Source of the DNA: the human T2T-CHM13v2.0 reference genome, Homo sapiens
DNA length: 64,000 nt
Assembly (NCBI RefSeq): GCF_009914755.1
Contig: NC_060933.1
Reading direction: 5' to 3' (one strand)
Part shown: in pieces, positions 17,416 through 33,198 of the stretch
Layout: every line of letters begins with the position of its first letter
How positions within the stretch are numbered: the stretch's first letter is position 1
Notes under the pieces: model-generated
Told to the model about the DNA's origin: nothing
Database searches by the model: none
The model's input: the letters and a program-made list of their open reading frames with translations, nothing else
Translations under genes and position numbers: made by a program

Positions 17416-20400
17416 TTTGTCCCCGTTAGAGAGGGACAAACTTTCAAACAACAGCGAGAGTGTCCTGAAATCCTCTGTTATGGACAAACATTCAGACCCT
17501 CGTCCCTGTTTTCTGGAAATCTACGTGAGGGAGAAACACTCAGAACCCAGCAGCAGTGTTCTGGAATCCTATGTGAGGAACAATCATTCAGACCCCAGCA
17601 GCAGTGTTCTGGAATCCTATGTGAGGAACAAACATTCAAACAACAATGAGAGTGTTCTGGAATCCTATGTGAGGGAAAACATTCAGACACATGTTGCAGT
17701 GTTCTGGAACCCTATGTGACAGAGAGATGTTTGGACAACAGCAGCAGCGTTCTGTAATCCTATGTGAAGGGACAAACATTCAGACCCTCGTAGCAGTGTT
17801 CTGGAATCCTATGTGAGGGATAAACTTTCAGACCATAGCAGAAGTTTTCTGGAAACCTATGTGAGGAACAAACATTCAGACAATCATAGCAGTGTTCTGG
17901 AATCCCATGTGAGGAACAAACATTCAGACCCTCGTAGCAGTGTTCTGTAGTGCTGTGTGAGGGACAAACATTCAGACAATCGTATCAGGGTTCTGGAATC
18001 CTATGTGAAGGCCAACATTCAGACCCTAGCAGCAGTGTTCAGGAATCCTATGTGAGGAACAAACAATCAGACCACAGCAGGTGTGCTCTGGAATCCTTTG
18101 TGAGGAACAAGCCTTTAGACCCTTGTAGCAGTGGTCTGGAATGCTATGTGAGGGACAAACATTCAGACAATCATAGCAGTGTTCTGGAATCCTATGTGAG
18201 GGACAAACATTCAGACCACAGCCGCAGTGTTCTGGAATCCTATCTGAGGGACAAACTTTCAGACATTTTTAGCTGTGTTGTGGAATCCTGTGTGAGGAAC
18301 AAACATTCAAACAACAGCAGGAGTGTTCTGGAATCCTATGATATGAAAAAACATTCAGACCCTCGTCGCACTCTTCTGGAATTCTATGTGAGGGAGCAAA
18401 ATGCAGAATCTAGCAGCAGTGTTCTGGAATCCTATGTGACGGCAATACATGTAGACCCCATCAGCATGTTCTGGAATCCTATCTGAGGGACAATAATTTG
18501 GACCCCAGCAGCAGTGTTCTGGAACCCTATGGTAGGGCAATTATTCAGACCCTCATAGCAGTGTTGGGGAATTCTGTGTGAGGGACAAAAAATTCAGACC
18601 CTCATAGCAGTGTTCTGGAATTCTATGTGAGGGATAAACATTCATACCAGAGCAGGAGTGTTCTGGAATCCCCAACGAAGAACAAACATTCAAACCCTTG
18701 TAGCAGTGTTCTGGAATCCTATGTGAGGAACAAACATTCAGACCCTCGTGTTAGTGTTCTGGAATCCTATGTGAGTGACAAACATTCAAACAACAGCGGG
18801 AGTGTTCTGGAATCCTGTGTTATGGGCAAACATTCAGAACCTCGTTGTAGTGTTCTGGAATTCTGCATGAGGGAGAAATGCTCAGAACCCAGCAGCAGTG
18901 TTCTGGAATTCTATGTGACAGACATACATGTAGACACCAGCAGCAGTGTTCTGGAATCTTATGTGAAGGACAAACATTCAGAAACCAGCAGCAATGTTCT
19001 GGAATCCTATGTGAGGGAAAGTCATTCAGACCTAGTAGCAGTGTTCTGGAATTCTGCTTGAGTGACAATCATTCAGACCATCATAGCAGTGTTATGCAAT
19101 CCTGTGTGAGGGACAAACATTCAGACACATCGGGAGTGATCTGGAATCCCCTGTGAGGAACAAACTTTCAGACCCTCGTGGCACTGTCCTGGAATCCTAT
19201 GTGACGGACAAACATTTCCACCCCACCAGCTGTGTTCTGTAATTCTGTGTGAGGGACAAACATTCAGAACCTCGAAGCAGTGTTCTGGAATCCAATGTGA
19301 GGGACAAACGCTCATACAATTGCAGTATTGTTCTGGAATCCTGTGAGGGAAAAACAAACAACAGCAGCTGTGTTCTGGAAACCTATATTATGGACAAACA
19401 TTCAGACACTCGTCACAGTGTTCTGGGACCCTGTATTAGAGACAAACATTCAGACAATCATAGCAGTGTTCTAGAATCTTTCGTAAGGGACAAACATTCA
19501 GACCCCAGCAGCAGTATTCTGGAATCCTGTGTGACGGACAAACATTCAAACAACAGCAAGAGTGTTTTGGAATCCAATGTTATGGACAAACGTTCAGAAA
19601 CTCGTCGCAGTGTTCTGGAATTCTATGTGAGGGAGAAACACTCAGAACCCAGCAGCTGTGCTCTGGAACCGCATGTGAGGGACAAACATTCGGACCACAG
19701 CAGGATTGTTCTGGAATCGTATGTGAGGGACAAACACTCGGAACACAGCAGGAATGTTTTGGAATCCTATGTGAGGGACAAACATCCAGACCCTCATAGC
19801 AGTGTTCAGGAATCCTATGTGGGGGAGAAACATTCAGACCACAGCAGGAATGTTCTGGAGTCCTAAGTGAGGAGCAAACATTAAGACCCTCATGGCAGTG
19901 TTCTGGAATCCTACGTGAGGGACAATCATTCAGACCCACGTAGCAGTGTTCTGGAATTCTGTGTGAGGGACAAACATTCAGACCCTCGTAGCAGTGTCCT
20001 GGAATCCTGTTTGACAGACAATCATTCAGACCACAGCAGGAGTGTTCAGGAATCCCCTGAGAGGAACGAACAATCCGACCCTCGTAACGGTGTTCTGGAT
20101 TCCTATGTGAGGGAAAAACATTCAGACCCTCATAGCAGTGTTCTGGAATCTTAAGTGAGGGACAAACATTCAGACACTCATAGCAGTGTTCTGGAATCCT
20201 ATGTGAGGGACAAACATTCAAATAACAGCGGGAGTGTTCTAGAATCCCATGTTACAGAAAAACATTCAGAAACTGGTCACAGTGTGCTAGAATTCGATGT
20301 GAGGGAGAAACACTCAGAACCGAGCATCAGTGTTCTGGTATCCTCTCTGACGGACATGCATGTAGACCCCAGCAGCACTGTTCTGGAATCCTATTTGAGG

Positions 20401-23400
20401 GACAAACATTCAAACAACAGTTAGAGTGTTCTGGAATCCTGTGTTACGGACAAGCATTCACACCCTCGAGGCAGTGTTCTGGAGTTCTACTTTAGGGAGA
20501 AACATTAAGAACCCAGCAACAGTGTTCTGGATCCCTATGTGAGGGACAAACATTCAGATCACAGCAGGATTGCTCTAGAATCATATGTGAGGGAGAAATA
20601 CTCAGAACACAGCAGGAATGTATTGGAATCTGATGTGAGGGACAAACATGCAGACACTCGTAGCAGTGTTCAGGAATCCTATGTGAGGGACAAACTTTCA
20701 GACCACAGCAGGAGCGTTCTGGAATCCCATGTGAGGGACAAACATTCAAACAATAGTAGCATTGTTCTAGAAACCTACTTGAGGGACAAATATTCAGATT
20801 CCAGCAGCAGTGTTCTGGAATCTTATGTGAGGGACAAACTTTCCGGCCACAGCAGGAGTGTTCTGCAATCTTATGTGAGGAACAAACACTCAGAACACAG
20901 CAGGAGTGTTTTGGAATCCAATGTGACAGACAAACATTCAGACACTTGTAGCAGTGTTCTGGAATCCTATGCGAGTGAGAAACACTCAGAACCCAGCAGC
21001 AGTGTTCTGGAATCCTATGTGACGGACATACATGTACACCCCAGCAGCAGAGTTCTGGAATCCTATGTGAGGGACAAGCATTCAGACCCCAGCAGCAGTA
21101 TTCTGGAATCCTATGTGAGGGACTGTCATTCAGAAACTCGTAGCAGTGTTCTGGAATTCTGTGTGAGAGACAAACATTCAGAACCTCATAGTAGTTTTCC
21201 AGAATCCTATGTGACGGACATTTAGACCCTAGCTGCAGTGTTCTGGAATGCTATGTGAGGGACAAACACTCAGAACACAGCAGGAGTATTTTGGAATTCT
21301 ATGTGAGGGACAAACATTCAGACCCTCGTAGCAGTGGTTCAGGAATCCTATGTGAGGTACAAACATTCAGATTCTTGTAACATTGTTCAGGAATGCTATG
21401 TGACGGACAAACATTTAGACCCCAGTAGCAGTGTTCTGGAATCCTTTGTGTGGGACAAACATTCACACCCTCGTAGCAGTGTTCTGGAATCCCTTGTGAG
21501 GGACAAACACTCAGAACCCAGCAACAGTGTTCTGGAACCATATGTGAGGGACAAGCATTCACACCACAGCAGGATTGTTCTGGAATCCTATGTGAGGGTC
21601 AAACTCACAGAACACAACAGGAGTGTTTTGGAATGCAATGTGAGGGACAAACATTCAGACCCTCGAAGCAGTGTTCAGGAATCCTATGGAAGGGACAAAC
21701 ATTCAGACAACCGTAGCAGTGTTCTGGTGTCCTATGTGAGGGACCAGCATTCAGACCCTCGTAGCAGTGTTCTGGAATTCTGTATGAGGGACAAACATTC
21801 ATACCCTCTTAGCCGTGTTCTGAAATCCTTTGTGAGGGACACACATTGAGACCACAGCAGGAGTGTTATGGAATCTGCTGTGAGGAACATTCAGACACTC
21901 GTAGCTTTGTTCTGGAATCCCATGTGATGGACAAACATTTATACCTCAGCAGCAGTGTTCTGGAATCCTATGTGAGGGACAAACTTTCAGAGCATCATAG
22001 CAGTGTTCTGTAATCCTAGGTGAGGGATAAACATTCTGACAATCGTAGCAGTGTACTGGAATCCTATGTGAGAGACAAACATTCAGACCCCAGCAGCAGT
22101 GTTCTGCAATGCTATGTGAGGGACAAACATTCAAACAAGAGCGGGAATGTTCTGGAATCCTATGTTATGGTCAAACATTCAGAATATTGTCTCAATTATC
22201 TGGAATTCTATGTGAGGGAGAAACACTGTGAACCCAGCAGCAGTGTTCTGGAATCCCATGTGACTGGCATACATGTAGACCCCAGCAACTGTGTTCTGGA
22301 ATCCTATGTGAGGGATAAACATTCACACCCCAGCAGCAGTGTTCTGGAATCTGATGTGACCAACAAACATTTAGAACCCAGCAGTGTTCTGGAATAATAT
22401 GTGAGGGACAAACATTCAGACCCCAGCAGCAGTGTTCTGGAATCCTATGTGACCGACAAACATTTAGAACCCAGCAGCAGCATTCTGGAATCCTATTTGA
22501 GGGACAAACATTCAGACCCTCGTAGCAGTGTTCTGGAATATTATGTGAAGGCAAAATATTCAGACAATCGTAGCAGTGTTCTGGAATCCTATGTTAGGGA
22601 CAAACTTTGAGACCCCAGCAGCAGTGTTCTGGAATCCAACGTGAGGGACAAACATTCAAAGAAGAGCGTGAGTTTTCTGGAGTCCTATGTTATGAACAAC
22701 ATTCATACCCTCATCGCAGTGTTCTGGAATTCTATGTGAGGGAGAAACACATAGAACCCAACAGCAGTGTTCTGGAATCCTATGTGACAGACATACATGT
22801 AGTCCCCAGAAGCAGTGTTCTGGAATCCTACTTGAGGGACAAACATTCAAACAACAGCATGAGTGTTTTTGAATCCTATGTTACCGACAAACATTCCGAA
22901 CCTCGTCACAGTGTTCTAGAGTTCTATGTTAGGGAGAAACATTCAGAACTCAGCAGCAGTTATCAGCAACCCTGTGTGTGTGACAAACATTCAGACAATA
23001 GCAGGACTGTTCTAGAATTCTATGTGAGGGACAAACACTCAGAACACAGTAGGAGTGTTTTGGAATCTGATGTGAGGGACAAACATTCATACTTTCGTAG
23101 CAGAGTTCAGGAATCCTTTCTGAGGGCCAAACATTCAGAACACAGCAGAAGTGTTCTGGAATCCCATGTGAGGGACAAATATTCAGACCCTCGTAGCACT
23201 GTTCTGGAATCCTATGTGAGGGACCAGCATTCATACAATCGTAGCATTTTTCTGGAATCCTATGTGAGGGAAAAACAGTCAAACAACAGCGAAACTGTTT
23301 GGGAAACCTATGTTTCAGACAAACATTCAGACCCTCTTCGCAGTGTTCTTTAATCATATGTGGGGGACAAACATTCATACAATCGTAGCATTTTTCTGGA

Positions 23401-26364
23401 ATCCTCTGTGAGGGACAAACATTCAAACAACAGAGGGAAAGCCCTGGAGTCCTAAGTAACAGAAAAACTTTCAGACCCTCATATCAGTGTTCTGAAATTC
23501 CAAGTGAGGGAGAAACACTCAGAACCCAGCAGCTGTGTTCTGGAATCCATTGTGACGGACTTACAAGTGGACCCCAGCAGCCGTATTCTGGAATCCTATG
23601 TGTGGCACAAACATTGAGACCCCAGCAGCCGTGTTCTGGAATCCTATGTGAGGGACAATCATTCAGACCCTCGAAGCAGTGTTCTGGTACTCTGCATGAG
23701 GGACAAACATTCAGACCCTCATAGCAGCGTTCTGGAATCCTATGTGAGGGACAAACTTTCAGACAATCGTAGCAGTGTTCTGGAATCCTATGTGAGCGAC
23801 AAACTTTCAGACAATCGTAGCAGTGTTCTGGAATCCTATGTGAGAGACAAACATTCAGACATTGGTAGCAGTGTTCTGGAATTCTATGTAAGGGAGAAAC
23901 ATTCAGAACCTCGTAGCAGTGTTCTGGAATCCTGTGTGAGGGACACACATTCAGACAACAACAGGAGTGTTCTGAAAAACCCTTTGAGGAACAAACATTC
24001 ATAACCTCGTAGCAGTGTTCTAGAATCCTGTGTGACAGACAAACATTATGACTCCAACAGCTTTGTTCTGGAACCCTTTGTGAGGGAAAAACATTCAGAC
24101 CCTCGTAGCAGTGTTCTGGAATCCTGTGTGAGGGACAAAATTTCAGACACCAGCAGAAGTGTTCTGGAATCCTATGTGAGGGACAAACATTCAAAAAACA
24201 GCGAGAGTGTTCTGGAATACTATGTTACAGAAAAACATTCAGAACCTCTTTGCAGTGTTCTGGAATTCTATGTGAGTGAGAAACACTGAGAACCCAGCAG
24301 CAGTGACCCTATGTGAGGGACAAACACTCAGAACACAGCAGGGACATTTTGGAATCCTATGTGAGCAACAAACATTCAGAATCTCGTAGTAGTGTTCAGG
24401 AATCCTATGTGACGTACAAATATTCAGAACACAGCAGGAGTATTATGGAATCCTGTGTGAGGGACAAACATTCAGACTCTCATAGCAGTGTTCCGGAAAC
24501 CTATGTGAGGGACAATCTTTAAGAGAATCTTTGCAGTGTTCTGGAATCCTAAGTGAGGGACATACACTCACACCCCAGCAGTAGTGTTCTGGAATCCTAT
24601 GGGAGGGACAAAAATTCAAACAACTGCAGGAGTGTTCTGGAATCCTATGTTATGGACAAATATTCAGAACTTCTTCGCAGTGTTCTGGAATTCTATGTGA
24701 GGGAGACACACTCGCAACCCAGCAGCAGTGTTCTGGAATCCTATGTGAGGGACAATCATTCAGACCCTCATAGCAGCATTCTGGAATTGTGTGTGAGGGA
24801 CAAACATTCACAACCGCATAGCCGTGTTCTGAATTCCTGTGTGAGGCACAAACATTCACACCAAAGCAGGACTCTTCTGGAATCCTCTGTGAGGAACAAA
24901 CATTCAGACCCTCGTAGCTGTTCTCTGGAATCCTATATGACAGACAAACATTTAGAACTTCTCAACAGTGTTCTGGAATCCTATGTGAGGGACATTCAGA
25001 CCCTCGTAACAGTGTTCTGGAAACCTGTGTGAGGGACAACCATTCAGAACCCAGCAGCAGTTTTCTGGAGTCCTAAGGGAGGAACAAACATTCAAACAAC
25101 AGCGGGAGTGTTCAGGAATCCTATTTTATGGACAAACATTCAGACCCTCATCACAGTGTTGAGGAATTTAAGGTGAGGGAGAAACGCTTAGAACCCAGCA
25201 GGAGTGTTCTGGAGCCCTATGTGAGGGACAAACATTCAGACCACAGCAGGATTGTTCTGGAATCCTATGTGAGGGGCAAACATTGAGACTACAGCAGGAG
25301 TGTTTTGGAATCCTATGTGAGGGATAAACATTCAGACTCTCGCAGCATTGTTCAGGAATCCTATGCAAGGGACAAACATTCAGACCACAGCATGAGTGTT
25401 CTGGAATCGTATATGAGGGAAAACATTCAGACCCTCGCCGCAGTGTTCTGGTATGCTATGTGAGTGAGAAACATTGAGACAATTGTAGCAGTGTTCTGGA
25501 ATCCTATGTTATGGACAAACATTCAGAACCTCGTCTCAACGTTCTGGAATTCTAGGTGAGGGAGATACACTCAGAACCCAGCAGCAGTGTTCTGGAATCC
25601 TATGTGAGGGACAAACATTCAGACCACAGTAACAGTGCTCTGGAATCCTTTGCTAGGGACAATTATTCAGACCCTTGTATCAGTGTTCTGCTATTAAGTG
25701 TGAGGGACAAACATTCAGACCCTCGTAGCAGTGTTCTGGAATCCTGTGTGAGTTAGAAACATTCAGACTGCAGCAGGAGTGTTCTGGAATCCCCTGTGAG
25801 GGACAAACATTAAGACGGTTGTAGCTGTGTTCTGGAATCCTATGTGAGGAATGAACATTCAGACCATCATAGCAGTGTTCTGGATTCCTGTGTGAGTGAT
25901 AAACATTCAGACCAAATCTGCAGTGTTCTGGAATCCTATGTAAGAGACAAACATTCAGACCCTCATAGCAGTGTTCTGGAATCCTACGTAACGGACATTC
26001 AGATAATTGTAGCAGTTTCCTGGAAACCTCTGTGAAGGACAAACTTTCAGACCCTAATAGCAGTGTTATGGAATTCCATGTGAGACACAAACATTCAGAC
26101 AATCCTAGCAGTGTTCTGGAATCCTATGTGAGGGACAAACATTCAGACCCCAGCAGCAATGTTCTGGAATCCTATGGGAGGGACAAACTCTCAGAAAATA
26201 GCAAGAGTATTTTGGAATCCTATCTGAGGTATAAACACTCAGAACCTCATAGCAGTGTTCAGGAATCCTATGTGAGGGACAAACATTCAGACCACAGCAG
26301 GAGCATTCTAGAATCCTATTTGAGGAACAAACATTCAGACAATCGTAGCAGTGTTCTGGAATCC
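17416..26364. repeat. CER (48-bp centromeric repeat, D22Z3-type) satellite, block 1
   Basis: Tandem diverged 48-bp units, consensus ~gtgagggacaaacattcagaccccagcagcagtgttctggaatcctat. Confidence 0.93.
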
Positions 26365-27046
26365 TTTTTTTTTTTTTTTAGCTTTTCTTTTTTTTATTAT
26401 ACTTTAAGTTTTAGGGTACATGTGCACAACGTGCAGGTTTGTTACATATGTATACATGTGCCATGTTGGTGTGCTGCACCCATTAACTCGTCATTTAACA
26501 TTAGGTATATCTCCTGATGCTATCCCTCCCTGCTTCCCCCAACTCACAACAGTCCCCGGTGTGTGATATTCCCCTTCCTGTGTCCATGTGTTCTCATTGT
26601 TCAATTCCCACCTATGAGTGAGAACATGTGGTGTTTGGTTTTTTGTGCTTGCAATAGTTTGCTGAGAATGATGGTTTCCAGCTTCATCCATGTCCCTACA
26701 AAGGACATGAACTCATCATGTTTTATGGCTGCACAGTATCCCATGCTGTACATGTGCCACATTTTCTTAATCCAGTCTATCATTGTTGGACATATGTGTT
26801 GGTTGCAAGTCTTTGCTAATGTGAATAGTGCTGCAATAAACATATGTGTGGATGTGTCTTTATAGCAGCATGATTTATAATCCTTTGGGTATATACCCAG
26901 TAATGGGATGGCTGGGTCAAATGGTATTTCTAGTTCTAGATCCCTGAGGAGTTGCCACACTGACTTCCAGAATGGTTGAACTGGTCCCACCAACAGTGTA
27001 AAAGTGTTCCTATTTCCCTACATCCTCTCCAGCACCTGTTGTTTCC
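26365..27046 (-). mobile_element. L1PA4/5-like 3' end (~680 bp) directly downstream of the full-length L1
   Basis: PolyT, L1 3'UTR (aacgtgcaggtttgttac, tcatttaacattagg) and the ORF2 tail. Stops at cctgttgtttcc, where a second polyT begins. Confidence 0.92.
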
Positions 27047-27265
27047 TTTTTTTAATTATTATTATACTTCAAGTTTTAGGGTACATGTGCACAATGTGCA
27101 GGTTAGTTACATATGTATACATGTGCCATGCTGGTGTGCTGCACCCATTAACTCGTCATTTAGCCTTAGGTATATCTCCTAATGCTATCCCTCCCCCCTC
27201 CCCACACCCCACAACAGTCCCCGGAGTGTGATGTTCCCCTTCCTGTGTCCATGTGTTCTCATTGT

Positions 27266-31079
<3,814 letters not shown>

Positions 31080-31142
31080 TATGATGTTAGCTGGTTATTT
31101 TGCTTGTTAGTTGATGCAGTTTCTTCCTAGCCTGGATGGTCT

Positions 31143-32160
31143 TTACAATTTGGCATGATTTTGCAGTGGCTGGTACCGGTTGTTCCTTTCCATGTTTAGT
31201 GCTTCCTTCAGGAGCTCTTTTAGGGCAGGCCTGGTGGTGACAAAATCTCTCATCATTTTCTTGTCTGTAAAGTATTTTATTTCTCCTTCACTTATGAAGC
31301 TTAGTTTGGCTGGATATGAAATTCTGGGTTGAAAATTCTTTTCTTTAAGAATGTTGAATATTGGCCCCCACTCTCTTCTGGCTTGTAGAGTTTCTGCCAA
31401 GAGATCCGCTCTTAGTCTGATGGGCTTCCCTTTGAGGGTAACCCGACCTTTCTCTCTGGCTGCCCTTAACATTTTTTCCTTCATTTCAACTTTGGTGAAT
31501 CTGACAATTATGTGTCTTGGAGTTGCTCTTCTCGAGGAGTATCTTTGTGGCATTCTCTGTATTTCCTGAATCTGAATGTTGACCTGCCTTGCTAGATTGG
31601 GGAAGTTCTCCTGGATAATATCCTGCAGAGTGTTTTCCAACTTGGTTCCATTCTCTCCATCTTTTTCAGGTACACCAATCAGACGTAGATTTGGTCTTTT
31701 CACATAGTCGCATATTTCTTGGAGGCTTTGTTCATTTCTTTCTATTCTTTTTTCTCTAAACTTCCCTTCTCGCTTCATTTCATTCATTTCATCTTCCATC
31801 TCTGATACCCTTTCTTCCAGTTAATCGCATTGGCTCCTGAGGCTTCTGCGTTCTTCACGTAGTTCTCGAGCCTTGGCTTTCAGCTCCATCAGATCCTTTA
31901 AGCACTTCTCTGTATTGGTTATTCTAGTTATACATTCGTCTAAATTTTTTTCAAAGTTTTCAACTTCTTTGCCTTTGGTTTGAAGTTCCTTCTGTAGCTT
32001 GGAGTAGTTTGATCATCTGAAGCCTTCTTCTCTCAACTCGTCAAAGTCATTCCCTGTCCATCTTTGTTCCATTGCTGTTGAGGAACTGCATTCCTTTGGC
32101 GGAGGAGAGGTGCTCTGCTTTTTAGAGTTTCCAGTTTTTCTGCTCTGTTTTTTTCCCCAT
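31143..32160 (-). pseudogene. L1 ORF1, disrupted
   Basis: ORF 31143-31799 is the ORF1p C-terminal part (RPNLRLIGVPE, YPAKLSF). The ATG at 32158-32160 is followed by an apparent extra A in the A-run, and there is a TAA near 31821. Confidence 0.9.
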
Positions 32161-32743
32161 CTTTGTGGTTTTATCTACTTGTGGTCTCTGATGATGGTGA
32201 TGTACAGATGGGTTTTTGGTGTGGATGTCCTTTCTGTTTGTTAGTTTTCCTTCTAACAGACAGGACCTTCAGCTGCAGGTCTGTTGGAGTTTGCTACACG
32301 TCCACTCCAGACCCTGTTTGCCTGGGTAACAGCAGTGTTGGCTGCAGAACAGTGGATTTTCATGAACCGCGAATGCTGCTGTCTGATCGTTCCTCTGGAA
32401 ATTTTGTCTCAGTGGATTGCCCAGCCATATGAGGTGTCTGTCTGCCCCTACTGGGGGTTGCCTCCCTGTTAGGCTGCTAGAGGGTCAGGGGTCAGGGACC
32501 CACTTGAGGAGGCAGTCTGCCCATTCTCAGATCTCCAGCTGCGTGTTGTGAGAACCACTGCTCTCTTCAAAGCTGTCAGACAGGGACATTTAAGTCTGCA
32601 GAGGTTACTGCTGTCTTTTTGTTTGTCTGTGCCCTGCCCCCAGAGGTGGAGCCTACAGAGGCAGGCAGGCCTCTTTGAGGTGTGGTGGGCTCCACCCAGT
32701 TTGAGCTTCCTGGCTGCTTTGTTTACCTAAGCAAGCCTGGGCA

Positions 32744-32998
32744 ATGGTGGACGCCCCTCCTGCAGCCTCGCTGCTGCCTTGCAGCTTGAACTCAGACTGC
32801 TGTGCTAGCAATCAGCCATACTCCATAGCCATAGGACCCTCCGAGCCAGGTGCGGGATATAATCTCCTGTTGCACCGGTTTTTAAGCCTGTCAGAAAAGC
32901 GCAGTGTTCAGGAGAGGGTGACCCGATTTTCCAGGTGCCATCTGTCACCCCTTTCTTTGACTAGGAAAGGGAACTCCCTGACCCCTTGCACTTCCTGA
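32744..32998 (+). CDS. L1 ORF0-like antisense ORF (84 aa) in the 5'UTR; expression unknown
   Basis: MVDAPPAASLLPCSLNSDCCASNQ...GPSEPG... matches primate ORF0 (MAGAPPPASLPPCSLISDCCASNQ). ATG in gcaATGg context. Confidence 0.6.
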   Translation: MVDAPPAASLLPCSLNSDCCASNQPYSIAIGPSEPGAGYNLLLHRFLSLSEKRSVQERVTRFSRCHLSPLSLTRKGNSLTPCTS

Positions 32999-33198
32999 GT
33001 GAGGCAATGCCTCACCCTGCTTCAGCTCCTGCACAGTGCACTGCACCCACTCTCCTGCACCCACTGTAGGGCTGGCACTTCCTAGTGAGATGAACCCAGT
33101 ACCTCAGACGGAAATGCACAAATCATCCATCTTCTGTGTCGCTCACGCTGGGAGCTGTAGACCAGAGCTGTTCCTATTCGGCCATCTTGGCTGCCTTC

